Part shown: in pieces, positions 1-8,705 of the stretch
Layout: each line of letters begins with the position of its first letter
Numbering within the stretch: the first letter of the stretch is position 1
NCBI GenBank assembly: GCA_003489165.1
Contig: DNJG01000077.1
Span: 1 to 38,201 of the forward strand
Length of the DNA stretch: 38,201 bases
Origin: Nitrospinota bacterium
GTDB lineage: Bacteria > Nitrospinota > Nitrospinia > UBA9942
Reading direction: 5' to 3'
Notes under the pieces: generated by a model
What the model was told of the DNA's origin: nothing
The model's input: only the letters and a program-made list of their open reading frames with translations
Database searches by the model: none
Translations under genes and position numbers: made by a program

Positions 1-6
1 AGGCTG

Positions 7-660
7 ATGGGGTTGAATTATCGGTCTGAAAGGAAATTTAATAAAAATAATATTTATGTGGTTTTTCTAATTACGGTTGCAGGATTTGTTTTATACGAGC
101 TGTATTCTGTATTGGAGTTTGGTTCTCCTCCATCTCCCTCTATTCCTGCTGTAGATGAGGTTAAAAATGATGAAGCTGCTTTTATGCCCCTGACAGGAGA
201 GATAACTACACCACATTCAGAAGATGCTAAAGATAATCCTAAGAAAAGTCCTTCGCCGGTTGATAATGAGGATATGATAAAAAGTAAGGAAGAAGTAATA
301 AAAAGCGGAGCTGTTATCAATACTCCTGCCGTTCCTTCTCCAAAAGTTGAAGAGGACCCACATCTCATCACATCCATGGCAGTAAAAAAAGAGAAAAAAG
401 AGGCTTATCACGGAGCATATATTATAAGGGTGGCAACATGTGTGCTTAAAGAGAGTGCGGATGTTGTGCAAAGAGATTTAAAAGAAAAAGGTTTTTTATC
501 CTATCAGAAGATAGCTCCTGGCTACATAAAGGGGAAGGTTGCAAATCTTCATAAGGTATATGTGGGGGATTACAACAGCAAAAAAGAGGTATTATTAGTT
601 GTAGATAAACTTAAGGCAAATGGTTTTTCAGCTATTATAGAGGAGAGAAAAGATGGTTAA
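7..660 (+). CDS. SPOR-domain membrane-anchored protein (frame is open to the window edge, so the start is uncertain)
   Basis: 217-aa ORF. N-terminal hydrophobic helix (IYVVFLITVAGFVLYELY), a Pro/Ser/Lys/Glu-rich linker, and a C-terminal ~75 aa with a SPOR-like pattern (YIIRVATC...VYVGDYNSKKEVLLVVDKLKANGF). Confidence 0.6.
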   Translation: MGLNYRSERKFNKNNIYVVFLITVAGFVLYELYSVLEFGSPPSPSIPAVDEVKNDEAAFMPLTGEITTPHSEDAKDNPKKSPSPVDNEDMIKSKEEVIKSGAVINTPAVPSPKVEEDPHLITSMAVKKEKKEAYHGAYIIRVATCVLKESADVVQRDLKEKGFLSYQKIAPGYIKGKVANLHKVYVGDYNSKKEVLLVVDKLKANGFSAIIEERKDG

Positions 661-943
661 GGATGATATAATTGATATTGTGTATAAGAAGGTAGGATTT
701 ACGCATAGTGAGGCTGTTGCCGCTGTAGAACTTATATTTGAGACAATAAAAGAGAGATTGACGGCAGGTGAGGATGTAAATATAGTTGGTTTTGGGAAAT
801 TCTGTTTGAGGAATAAGAAAGAGAGGACGGGGCGAAATCCAAAGACAGGCCAGGCGTTTAAGATTACAGCCCGGCGAGTGCTTACATTTAAACCGAGTAA
901 AAATATGAAGGAGGTTGTAAATGGTGGCAAAGGAAATACCTGA
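653..943 (+). CDS. ihfA: Integration host factor / HU-family DNA-binding protein, IHF-alpha-like
   Basis: 96 aa. Beta-arm motif GFGKFCLRNKKERTGRNPKTGQAFKITARRVLTFKPS is typical of IHF/HU. Overlaps the upstream ORF by 8 nt. Confidence 0.85.
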   Translation: MVKDDIIDIVYKKVGFTHSEAVAAVELIFETIKERLTAGEDVNIVGFGKFCLRNKKERTGRNPKTGQAFKITARRVLTFKPSKNMKEVVNGGKGNT

Positions 944-1277
944 TAAATTATTCTTTAAAATAGGAGAGGTGGCAGAGATTACAAAGGTAGAGCCTCATGT
1001 CCTGAGATACTGGGAATCTGAATTCGGTTTAATAAAACCGGACAAGAGCGAGGCTGGACAGCGAGTTTACAGAAAGAAAGATATTGATACAATCCTTGAA
1101 ATAAAAAAACTGCTTTATGAGGAGAGGTTTTCAATTGAAGGCGCAAAAAAAAGGCTTTTTAAAAGATATAAGATATCGGATAACAGCGAAAGGGTCATGG
1201 AGACCTTTAAAGAGTTAAAGAAGGATTTGCTTGACATATCTTTCATGTTAGATAAATCAACTACCTCCCATAAGTAA
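921..1277 (+). CDS. MerR-family transcriptional regulator
   Basis: N-terminal helix-turn-helix FKIGEVAEITKVEPHVLRYWESEFGLIKPDKSEAGQRVYRKKDI matches the MerR signature. 118 aa. Confidence 0.8.
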   Translation: MVAKEIPDKLFFKIGEVAEITKVEPHVLRYWESEFGLIKPDKSEAGQRVYRKKDIDTILEIKKLLYEERFSIEGAKKRLFKRYKISDNSERVMETFKELKKDLLDISFMLDKSTTSHK

Positions 1278-2010
1278 GCCTGTCAATCAAGTATTCAGGA
1301 AGCCCCTCTCTTCTCATCTTCTCCTGTGCTGATTTAATATCATACGGAACCCTCTTAAACTCTATAGTCATATCTTTACTATCGTAAACAACAAATGAGG
1401 CATCGGGATTTCTGTCCCTTGGTTGTCCGACACTTCCATCATTGATAATATATTTTGAGGTGCTTTTGAGTTTTATAAATTTATCCTTTAAGATATTTAT
1501 TCTGTTAGAAGCATCGCTCTCTATAACAACTGGATAATGAGAGTGACCTATAAAACATAAGGTGGTATTAAAATATTCAAGATTTTCCATTGCATCAAGG
1601 GTATTTATAATGTAATGCCACATCAGCGGCTCTTTAGGTGAAGAGTGGGCTAATGTAATATTATCTGCAACCATAGTTACAGGCAGTTTTTTGAGATATT
1701 CTTTATGCCCTTTAGTTAATATCTCTTTTGTCCAGAGGACAGCCTCTTTTGCATGTGGATTAAAATAATTAATGTCTGTCATATCTACGGCGGCATAGTC
1801 ATGATTGCCTGCCAGTATTATATCGGCAGCGGGGTACCCATCCTTTAGATGGGTCGTGAGCATATCTATTGCCTCATTGGGATTGGCACCATAGCCTACA
1901 ATATCGCCGAGGAAAAGCCTTTGGTCTATATTCAGTTTCTCAATTTCTTTCAGGACAGATTGAAAAGCCTCTATGTTGCTATGAACATCTGAAAATATGG
2001 CGTATCTCAT
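1261..2010 (-). CDS. Metallophosphoesterase (calcineurin-like, YfcE/MJ0936-type)
   Basis: Motifs MRYAIFSDVHSN, LGDIVGYG, GNHD and GHSH. The tracked ORF runs to 2067, but its first 19 codons lie in a heptamer-repeat spacer. The ATG at 2010 gives the canonical D-x-H start. Confidence 0.8.
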   Translation of the reverse strand: MRYAIFSDVHSNIEAFQSVLKEIEKLNIDQRLFLGDIVGYGANPNEAIDMLTTHLKDGYPAADIILAGNHDYAAVDMTDINYFNPHAKEAVLWTKEILTKGHKEYLKKLPVTMVADNITLAHSSPKEPLMWHYIINTLDAMENLEYFNTTLCFIGHSHYPVVIESDASNRINILKDKFIKLKSTSKYIINDGSVGQPRDRNPDASFVVYDSKDMTIEFKRVPYDIKSAQEKMRREGLPEYLIDRLTYGR

Positions 2011-2020
2011 TTTGCAGTAA

Positions 2021-2097
2021 TGACTATTGACTATTGAAGTTTGATAAATTAATACAATCCTTATCAATCGTCATTCGTCAATTTTCAATCTTCAATT
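2021..2097. repeat. Inverted pair of degenerate heptamer arrays (TGACTAT TGACTAT TGAAGTT TGATAAA ... ATCAATC GTCATTC GTCAATT TTCAATC TTCAATT)
   Basis: Read directly. 7-nt period on both arms, with complementary cores ATTGA/TCAAT. Fills the spacer between the 2105-2662 ORF and the phosphoesterase start. Confidence 0.8.
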
Positions 2098-2104
2098 CTA
2101 TAGG

Positions 2105-2662
2105 TTATCCTTCAAGGACTATCTGATGCCTTTCCTTAAAAGTTTCCACAGAGTGTCTCATCAGCCTGTTTAACATTAAAAATCTTCTCTTATCCTCTTC
2201 TGCTATCTTTACTGTATAATCACTCTCTGATAATTGTATTTTGCTGAATCCATTTAAGATGCCTTCAACCATATCTACGGCTATCCTGTTATATTCTGAA
2301 TCTGACACCTCTTTTATGCAGACAGAGATGCCAAAGTTTTTAACCTTCATCCTCTGGACAATATCTATAATGCTTGAAAATATGTATAAGAGTTTTGGTG
2401 AATTGAGGTTGGCCGCCTTCCCGAACCCGACTAAGAGTATTTTTTCTGTCGGCAATTTATTAAGGCTTGAAAGGAGGACGGTCTCTTTAAAATTTCCAAA
2501 AACTTTTTTTTTCTTTATAAGATTTGATATCTGCCCGTTCAAAAACCAGTCAATATTGCCTGCATTGCCTTTGAGAGGTATGACATCTTTGAAAAGTGAT
2601 ACAACGATTAGGTCGGTTTCGATTTTCAGGAATTCATCTGGCAGTGTTTTAATCTTTAACAT
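2105..2662 (-). CDS. Hypothetical protein, resembles the N-terminal (macro-like) domain of M17 leucyl aminopeptidases
   Basis: 185-aa ORF co-directional with nusB and overlapping it by 14 nt. The pattern DLIVVSLF...GNFKETVLL...ILLVGFGK resembles Peptidase_M17_N. No catalytic domain is present. Confidence 0.45.
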   Translation of the reverse strand: MLKIKTLPDEFLKIETDLIVVSLFKDVIPLKGNAGNIDWFLNGQISNLIKKKKVFGNFKETVLLSSLNKLPTEKILLVGFGKAANLNSPKLLYIFSSIIDIVQRMKVKNFGISVCIKEVSDSEYNRIAVDMVEGILNGFSKIQLSESDYTVKIAEEDKRRFLMLNRLMRHSVETFKERHQIVLEG

Positions 2663-3080
2663 TTTTCTTTTTATCGCATTTTAATTCCTTTTTTATCCTA
2701 TCAAGGATACCATTCACAAAATGACCCGAATCTTCTGTGCCGTATTTTTTTGCAATATCAATTGCCTCATTTATAGTGACATTGGAAGGTATCTCATCTT
2801 CATACAATAATTCATATACTGCGCTCCGCATTATATTTTTATCTATTTTGTTTATCCTGCCCAGAGTCCAGTGTTCACTGAATCTTTCAATGGTTGAATC
2901 AATCTCTTTTATGTGATTATAGGTGCCTTCTGCCAATTTTGTAGTAAAGGATTGAATATCATCAGGGGTTGGATTGTACTTCCAGAAATCCTCAATCTGA
3001 GATTTAATATCGTCTTTCTGAATATCCCACTGATACAGGATTTTCAGACACAATTCTCTTCCCCTTCTTCTCTTCTTCAT
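2649..3080 (-). CDS. nusB: Transcription antitermination factor NusB
   Basis: 143 aa. RRGRELCLKILYQWDI start and NusB-like helices (RSAVYELLYEDEIPSNVTINEAIDIAKKYG). Classic position downstream of ribH. Confidence 0.9.
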   Translation of the reverse strand: MKKRRRGRELCLKILYQWDIQKDDIKSQIEDFWKYNPTPDDIQSFTTKLAEGTYNHIKEIDSTIERFSEHWTLGRINKIDKNIMRSAVYELLYEDEIPSNVTINEAIDIAKKYGTEDSGHFVNGILDRIKKELKCDKKKNVKD

Positions 3081-3090
3081 TTGTCAAAAA

Positions 3091-3188
3091 ACAGAAAAAC
3101 AGAAAGCAACCACAGAGGCACTGAGACACCGAGATTAAGAACTTTAAAATAATTTATATTTCCTCTGTGACTCTGTGTCTCTGTGGTT
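3091..3188. repeat. Inverted pair of octamer arrays (CACAGAGG CACTGAGA CACCGAGA ... CTCTGTGA CTCTGTGT CTCTGTGG)
   Basis: Left arm 3108-3133 and right arm 3162-3188, with an AT-rich loop. Preceded by ACAGAAAA ACAGAAAG. Lies in the nusB-ribH spacer. Confidence 0.85.
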
Positions 3189-3193
3189 AAAAT

Positions 3194-3664
3194 CTATTTT
3201 TTTAGTTGTTTATACAGGTTCACCATCTCAATGGCATTGATTGCCGCATCCCATCCCCTGTTGCCTGATTTTGTGCCGCACCTTTCAATGCCCTGCTCAA
3301 TATTTTCAACTGTAAGGACGCCGTAAATTACCGGGACTCCTGTCTCAAGTGAAATCGCTGCAATTCCCTTTGTAACCTCTGAAGATATATGCTGATAATG
3401 AGGCGTATCCCCTCTTATTATTACACCAAGGCATATCAATGCATCATATTTCTTTGATGATGCTAATATACTGGCAGCGTATGGAATTTCAAATGATCCC
3501 GGAACCCTTACTATTTTGATGTCTCCGTCTTTGGTGCCGTGTCTTGTAAGAGCATCCAATGCCCCCTCTATAAGCTGTTTTGTTAAAAAATCATTAAACC
3601 TGCTTGCCACTATCCCAACCTTTAAGCCGCTTCCATCCAGTTTTCCCTGAATTGTCTCAGGCAT
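3194..3664 (-). CDS. ribH: 6,7-dimethyl-8-ribityllumazine synthase
   Basis: 156 aa. Motifs VGIVASRFN, VRVPGSFEIP, GVIIRGDTPHY and G(N)RGWDAA. Confidence 0.95.
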   Translation of the reverse strand: MPETIQGKLDGSGLKVGIVASRFNDFLTKQLIEGALDALTRHGTKDGDIKIVRVPGSFEIPYAASILASSKKYDALICLGVIIRGDTPHYQHISSEVTKGIAAISLETGVPVIYGVLTVENIEQGIERCGTKSGNRGWDAAINAIEMVNLYKQLKK

Positions 3665-3683
3665 AAGACCTCCCCTTAAAAGA

Positions 3684-3768
3684 CAGTAGGCAGTAGATAG
3701 TAGGCAGTAAGCAGTAACTCCCCTCTGTCTCTGTTTTCTTTCTACTGCTTACTCCTTACTGCTTACTG
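3684..3768. repeat. Inverted pair of heptamer arrays (CAGTAGG CAGTAGA TAGTAGG CAGTAAG CAGTAAC ... CTACTG CTTACTC CTTACTG CTTACTG)
   Basis: Five units at 3684-3718. The complementary arm at 3742-3768 runs across the ribBA stop codon (3749-3751) into its last codons. Confidence 0.88.
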
Positions 3769-4969
3769 ATGTTATTATGTGCCCCAGCTTTTTCCTCTTT
3801 GTATCAAGATATTTGACATTGTCCTTTTTAGGATGTATCTCTATCGGAACCCTATCTACTATGTGAAGCCCATATCCGTCTAATCCTACAATCTTTCTTG
3901 GATTATTTGTTATTAATCTTAAATTTTTTACTCCGAGGTTTGCAAGTATTTGGGCTCCTATACCATAATCTCTCAAGTCAGGTTTAAAGCCAAGTTCTTC
4001 ATTTGCCTGAACAGTATCTCTCCCCTGGTCTTGTAAGGCATAAGCCTTCAGCTTGTTGACAAGGCCAATGCCCCTCCCCTCCTGATAGAGATATAAGAGG
4101 ATGCCTGTCCCCTCTTTTTCTATCATCTCAAGTGCCTTATGCAGCTGCTCACCGCAGTCGCATCTGTGTGAGCCGAATACATCGCCCGTAAGACACTGTG
4201 AATGAACCCTTACAAGTATATTCTTATCAGGTGTGATTTCTCCTTTTACCAAGGCGAGGTGTATAAAATCGTTCAGTGTATTTTCAAATGCAATTACCTT
4301 AAATTCGCCGTAGTCTGAAGGAAGTTTGGTCTCTGCAGCCCTCTTGACAAAAGACTCTCTTTTCATCCTGTATTCAATGAGGTCTTTTATTGTGATAACC
4401 TTTAAGCCGAACTCCTTTGAAAATTCCATAAGCTGGGGAACTCTTGCCATAGTCCCGTCATCATTCATAATTTCACAGATAACTCCTGCCGGATATAAGC
4501 CTGCAAGCCGTGCCAAATCTACCGAGCCCTCTGTCTGACCGCTTCTAACTAAGACGCCCCCCTCCTTTGACCTGAGAGGGAATATATGCCCAGGGCTTAC
4601 AATATCGTCTTCCCTTGTCTTTGGATTGATTGCTGTAAGTATGGTAGTTGCCCTGTCATGGGCTGATATACCGGTAGTTACTCCATGCCTTGCCTCTATT
4701 GAGATTGTAAATGCAGTCCCAAATCTTGCCTCATTATTTTCAACCATCATAGGAAGATTGAGTGCTGCTACCCTTTCAGGCGTTAGAGAGAGGCATATAA
4801 GCCCCCTCCCATGCTTTGTCATAAAGTTTATTGCCTCCGGAGTGGTCTTTTCGGCAGCAATCATCAGGTCGCCCTCGTTCTCCCTGTCCTCATCATCAAC
4901 GAGGATGATCATCCTGCCTTTTTTAATGTCTTCTACCGCCTCTTCAATTGAATTAAATTTTATATCCAT
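3749..4969 (-). CDS. ribBA: Bifunctional 3,4-dihydroxy-2-butanone-4-phosphate synthase / GTP cyclohydrolase II
   Basis: 406 aa. DHBPS motif [16 protein letters not shown] zinc cluster [18 protein letters not shown] and GRGIGL. The last ~6 codons lie in a heptamer array. Confidence 0.95.
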   Translation of the reverse strand: MDIKFNSIEEAVEDIKKGRMIILVDDEDRENEGDLMIAAEKTTPEAINFMTKHGRGLICLSLTPERVAALNLPMMVENNEARFGTAFTISIEARHGVTTGISAHDRATTILTAINPKTREDDIVSPGHIFPLRSKEGGVLVRSGQTEGSVDLARLAGLYPAGVICEIMNDDGTMARVPQLMEFSKEFGLKVITIKDLIEYRMKRESFVKRAAETKLPSDYGEFKVIAFENTLNDFIHLALVKGEITPDKNILVRVHSQCLTGDVFGSHRCDCGEQLHKALEMIEKEGTGILLYLYQEGRGIGLVNKLKAYALQDQGRDTVQANEELGFKPDLRDYGIGAQILANLGVKNLRLITNNPRKIVGLDGYGLHIVDRVPIEIHPKKDNVKYLDTKRKKLGHIITSVSSKE

Positions 4970-5603
4970 GTTTTTTCAAAAAATCAGTGTTAAGTGTTGA
5001 GTGTTTAGTGTCAGTAGTCAGGTTAACAAACCTCTCTATATATTTGCCAATTATATCACATTCTATATTTACCTTCTCTCCAATTGATTTTTCCTTTAAG
5101 TTTGTCATCTCAATCGTGTGCGGTATCAATGCAATAGCAATAGAGTTGCTATCTACATTTGCTACTGTAAGACTTATGCCGTCTATTGCTACAGAACCTT
5201 TGTATATCATATATCTAATTGTATCTTCTGATGCTTTTATACCAAGATAAGCTCCATCAACTGTCCTGTCAAATTTTACTATCTCACCTATCCCATCAAT
5301 ATGTCCTGTAACAAAATGTCCGCCAAGGCGGTCACTAATTTTTATAGCCCTTTCAAGGTTTACTTTTCTTCCTGGCTTAAACCCGCCGATGGTAGTTTTC
5401 TTTACCGTTTCTTCTGAAATCTCCACCTCAAATGCATTGTTGGTATATTTTACAACGGAAAGACATGTGCCATCTATAGCTATACTTGAGCCCATGCTTA
5501 TATCATCCATTATCTTATTCGCAGCCAATGTAAGCCTAAGATTATCCCCCTTCTTAGAAATCCCCTTAACTACCCCAACTTCTTCAATCAGTCCAGTAAA
5601 CAT
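4953..5603 (-). CDS. ribE: Riboflavin synthase (alpha chain)
   Basis: 216 aa. Canonical [10 protein letters not shown] start and duplicated lumazine-binding halves ([13 protein letters not shown] / [12 protein letters not shown]). The 3-prime end overlaps the ribBA start by 17 nt. Confidence 0.93.
   Translation of the reverse strand: MFTGLIEEVGVVKGISKKGDNLRLTLAANKIMDDISMGSSIAIDGTCLSVVKYTNNAFEVEISEETVKKTTIGGFKPGRKVNLERAIKISDRLGGHFVTGHIDGIGEIVKFDRTVDGAYLGIKASEDTIRYMIYKGSVAIDGISLTVANVDSNSIAIALIPHTIEMTNLKEKSIGEKVNIECDIIGKYIERFVNLTTDTKHSTLNTDFLKKHGYKI
4985..5022. repeat. Single heptamer array (CAGTGTT AAGTGTT GAGTGTT TAGTGT CAGTAGT CAGG) within the 3-prime end of ribE
   Basis: Read directly. I found no complementary arm nearby. 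It encodes the ribE tail ...[12 protein letters not shown] on the minus strand. Confidence 0.75.
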
Positions 5604-5608
5604 AAGAA

Positions 5609-5675
5609 GATTTTAGATTTATGATTTACGAATTACGATTTAAAATCCTAAATCCAAAATCGTAAATCGTAAATT
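5609..5675. repeat. Inverted pair of heptamer arrays (GATTTTA GATTTAT GATTTAC GAATTAC GATTTAA / AAATCCT AAATCCA AAATCGT AAATCGT AAATT)
   Basis: Fills the whole ribD-ribE spacer. The arms abut with almost no loop, and the cores GATTT/AAATC are complementary. Confidence 0.88.
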
Positions 5676-6783
5676 ATTTCAGGTATCCTTCAACAACAAT
5701 ATCATTTCCACACCTATCCACAGTTACATCGCGGATATTCAGAGAATCACTTAGTTTTTCAAAACCCCTTCCACCCACAGCAGGTACACTCTCTTTACCG
5801 CCAATTATTTTTGGTGCAATAAAGAATATTACCTTATCAACTATACCTGACTCTAGTGCGGCAGAATTGAGTTCTGAGCCCCCTTCTATCATTATACTTG
5901 TAATCTCCATTTTGCCCAGTTCTTCCATTAAATTTGGCAGATTAATCCTTTTGTTTTCTTCCTCTATCTCTATAACATTAATCCCTTTTTCTCTCAATAT
6001 ATCTGCCTTTTTTGCATCTGCCTTCTTTGTTGCAGCAATTATGACTTTTGATTTTTGTGCCTTGCGGGAGGCAGATGCAGATTTAATAATATTGGAATCC
6101 ATTGGAATCCTTAACTGGCTGTCAACAATTATACGAATAGGGTTTTTCACATTGCCTCTTTTTAAACTTACTGTGAGATTTGGATTATCCTGTAAGACAG
6201 TCCCTATACCAACCATTACTGCATCTACCTCATCTCTTAAATTGTGGACACGTTCCCTTGAAGGTTCGGATGTTATCCATTTGGATTCTCTTTTACAGGT
6301 TGCAATCTTTCCGTCAAGGCTCATTGCAATCTTTAAGAGGACAAATGGTTTTTTTGATGTGATATATTTTATATATACCTCATTGAGCCTCTTGCATTCT
6401 TTCTCCAATAAGCCTGTAGACACCTGAATCCCCGCTCCATTCAGCTCCTCTATGCCTTTACCTGAGATTATTGGGTTGGGGTCAACCATTCCGATAACAA
6501 TTTTTTTTATTCCGCTCTTTATAATGGTTTTTGTGCATGGGGGAGTTCTACCCTTATGACAGCACGGTTCAAGGGTCACATACATTATTCCGTCTTTTGC
6601 GTTTTTACCTGCCGAATTAATTGCATTGACTTCGGCATGGGGTGTCCCTGCCTTTTTATGGCAGCCTTCCCCGACAATCTTGCCCCCCTTTATAATTACA
6701 GCCCCCACCACAGGGTTGGGGCTTGTTCTCCCCTTTGCTGTCAGGGCTAAATCAATAGCCCTTTTCATATATTTTTCAATCAT
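5674..6783 (-). CDS. ribD: Bifunctional diaminohydroxyphosphoribosylaminopyrimidine deaminase / 5-amino-6-(5-phosphoribosylamino)uracil reductase
   Basis: 369 aa. CDA zinc motifs HAEVNA and PCCHKGRTPPC, with a C-terminal RibD reductase domain (MSLDGKIA..., EGGSELN). Confidence 0.95.
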   Translation of the reverse strand: MIEKYMKRAIDLALTAKGRTSPNPVVGAVIIKGGKIVGEGCHKKAGTPHAEVNAINSAGKNAKDGIMYVTLEPCCHKGRTPPCTKTIIKSGIKKIVIGMVDPNPIISGKGIEELNGAGIQVSTGLLEKECKRLNEVYIKYITSKKPFVLLKIAMSLDGKIATCKRESKWITSEPSRERVHNLRDEVDAVMVGIGTVLQDNPNLTVSLKRGNVKNPIRIIVDSQLRIPMDSNIIKSASASRKAQKSKVIIAATKKADAKKADILREKGINVIEIEEENKRINLPNLMEELGKMEITSIMIEGGSELNSAALESGIVDKVIFFIAPKIIGGKESVPAVGGRGFEKLSDSLNIRDVTVDRCGNDIVVEGYLK

Positions 6784-6805
6784 AGGAAATTATAAAATTT
6801 TGTTT

Positions 6806-7618
6806 TTAAACAGCTGTTATTGATACCCCATTTTCCTCTGCCATCTTTATCACCTTATCAATGTCCACAACCATAGTCTTTTCTGCCTCTATTGCAAGGG
6901 CGGACACCTTCCCGGCAATTATATTTTCAATTGTTCTTATCCCTATTGTAGGGACATCAAATCTTGGATCCTGTTTCGGTTTTGCTACCTTTACAACAAC
7001 AGCCCCCTCTTTACAAAGACTGCATCCCCTTTTAATTGCCTCATCAGTCCCTTCAATTGCCTCTACTGCCAATATAGCCCTGTCTTTTACAATTACAGTC
7101 TGGCCAATGTCAAGCCCTGCAATCTCTTTCGCAATCTTAAAACCATATTCTATATCACTATTTTCTCTTCTATCAGGTTTATATTTTGTCAGATGCCCTT
7201 TTGAAGGAAATAGTCTTTTTAAGAATGAAATCTGGTCTAAAACCCTCATCCCTTCTTTTTCTAATTCACTTATAATGGCGAGCATGATTGTATCATCATT
7301 TTTATTTTTGATTTTGCTCAAAATCTTTATTGCTTTTAAATCAAATTTCAGATTTTGAAATAAAAGCCTCTTTTCTACCTTCCCAGCCATTGCTATATCC
7401 TTAACCCCTTCATTTTTTAAAGACTTGATTATCTTTCCTGCCTCTCCAACACCATATTGATATACAACTGTTGAAAAGGGTTTGAGTGATTTTGCCGATT
7501 CTTCCGTAAAGGCAATTGAGATTACATTTAGCCCTTTTGAATTTGCCTCATTGGCAAGCAAGACAGGCAGTTCGCCGCTCCCTGCAATCAACCCCAATCT
7601 CTTGATATTGTCTGCCAT
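6806..7618 (-). CDS. lpxI: UDP-2,3-diacylglucosamine pyrophosphatase LpxI (DUF1009 family)
   Basis: 270 aa. LGLIAGSGELP N-terminus and DIGQTVIVKDRAILAVEAIEGTDEAIKRG core, as in LpxI. Sits in a cluster with lpxA. Confidence 0.8.
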   Translation of the reverse strand: MADNIKRLGLIAGSGELPVLLANEANSKGLNVISIAFTEESAKSLKPFSTVVYQYGVGEAGKIIKSLKNEGVKDIAMAGKVEKRLLFQNLKFDLKAIKILSKIKNKNDDTIMLAIISELEKEGMRVLDQISFLKRLFPSKGHLTKYKPDRRENSDIEYGFKIAKEIAGLDIGQTVIVKDRAILAVEAIEGTDEAIKRGCSLCKEGAVVVKVAKPKQDPRFDVPTIGIRTIENIIAGKVSALAIEAEKTMVVDIDKVIKMAEENGVSITAV

Positions 7619-7646
7619 TGTTTTTAATAGGTGATAGGTTTTAATG

Positions 7647-8618
7647 CTACCGCTGTGAATTTTTCTGTTTTTTAAATTTATCTAATACTTCAAGGGCAAT
7701 CTGGAGGGAATATATCTCTTCATCTGCCGGGACCATTCTGTCTGCTCCATTTATGGCACAATCAATTAGGTGGTTGAGCTCAAGTTTTAAAGGATTATCT
7801 CTATGAACGAATATCCTCTCAGTAAATGATTCCTGTTTGTAACGAAGTTCTTTCTTTGTAAGGAAATGTTCAGAGGATGCTTGTCTGTGAATATGTATAT
7901 CCTGATTTGAATAATCAAGAAATATATATTTATCCTTCTGTGTTATGGCGAGTGTCCTTATTTTATGTTGTGTTACCCTGCTTGCAGTGATATTTGCAAT
8001 ACACCCATTTTCAAACTCCATCTGCACATTACAGAGGTCGTCCTTATCTGAAAAAATAGAGTTGCCGATTACATTTAATCGTTTTACCTTTGAATTTACA
8101 AGGCTGAGAATTATATCTATATCATGTATCATGAGATCCACTACAACGCCGTCATCCTGAATCCTTGAGTCATAAGGACCAAGCCTCCTGCATTCTATAA
8201 AGAGGGGATTGTCAACTATCTTTTTTAATTCATGAACAGCGCCATTGAATCTCTCCACATGTCCTACCTGAAGAGTCAGCCCTTTCTTATCTGCAATTTC
8301 AAACAACTCCATTGCCTCCTTGATGCTCTTTGTCATTGGTTTTTCCACAAGGACATGAATACCTGCCATAAGAAAGTCTTTTGTGGTTTTATAATGATGA
8401 GAGGTTGGGACTGCGATGCTGATTACATCCGCTTTATTAAATAGCTCCTTATAATTCTTATAGAAGATAGTATTATATTTTTCTGCAATCTCTCTGCCTC
8501 TTGTCTCGTTAAGGTCTGATACGCCTACCAATTTGACATTTGGTATCTCGGAATATACCCCCACATGGTAACGCCCCATGTGTCCCACACCGACTACACC
8601 TGCCCTTACCTTTTTCAT
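7647..8618 (-). CDS. Gfo/Idh/MocA-family NAD-dependent oxidoreductase, possibly a GnnA-like UDP-GlcNAc 3-dehydrogenase
   Basis: 323 aa. Rossmann motif VGVVGVGHMGRYH and the EKP motif (LVEKPM). Located between lpxA and lpxI. Family assignment is confident; substrate assignment rests on context only. Confidence 0.8.
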   Translation of the reverse strand: MKKVRAGVVGVGHMGRYHVGVYSEIPNVKLVGVSDLNETRGREIAEKYNTIFYKNYKELFNKADVISIAVPTSHHYKTTKDFLMAGIHVLVEKPMTKSIKEAMELFEIADKKGLTLQVGHVERFNGAVHELKKIVDNPLFIECRRLGPYDSRIQDDGVVVDLMIHDIDIILSLVNSKVKRLNVIGNSIFSDKDDLCNVQMEFENGCIANITASRVTQHKIRTLAITQKDKYIFLDYSNQDIHIHRQASSEHFLTKKELRYKQESFTERIFVHRDNPLKLELNHLIDCAINGADRMVPADEEIYSLQIALEVLDKFKKQKNSQR

Positions 8619-8632
8619 ATAAAAACCTATTT

Positions 8633-8700
8633 AAGCCGCAGACTTTCACTGACTAAAATAAACTGAATTATTTTTTTATGGTCTATGTAAGTCTGTGGCT
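8633..8700. repeat. Imperfect inverted repeat (AAGCCGCAGACTTTCACTGAC ... GGTCTATGTAAGTCTGTGGCT) in the lpxA / oxidoreductase spacer
   Basis: ~21-nt arms with 16 of 20 compared positions complementary and a ~26-nt AT-rich loop. The left arm is part of the 35-nt leader also found at 15876-15910. Confidence 0.75.
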
Positions 8701-8705
8701 AATTC

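Noticed and set aside
2011-2067. N-terminal extensions in the ORF track: phosphoesterase to 2067, prfA from the TTG at 19012, pstA from the TTG at 32604
   Set aside because: The extra codons fall inside heptamer-repeat arms and add non-conserved residues. Internal ATGs (2010, 19036, 32619) give canonical N-termini ([32 protein letters not shown]).
6001-6084. Local direct and inverted repeat inside ribD (ATCTGCCTTTTTTGC ATCTGCCTTCTTTGTTGC ... GGCAGATGC) as another inserted element
   Set aside because: RibD length (369 aa) and domain spacing look normal. The repeat encodes a Lys/Ala-rich stretch (KKADAKKAD) that could arise from ordinary codon repetition. There is no 7-nt period.
6784-6805. 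FMN riboswitch expected upstream of ribD
   Set aside because: Only 22 nt separate ribD from the upstream co-directional lpxI, which is far too short for an FMN aptamer of more than ~100 nt. No RFN-like conserved segments were seen in the other rib spacers, which are filled by heptamer arrays.
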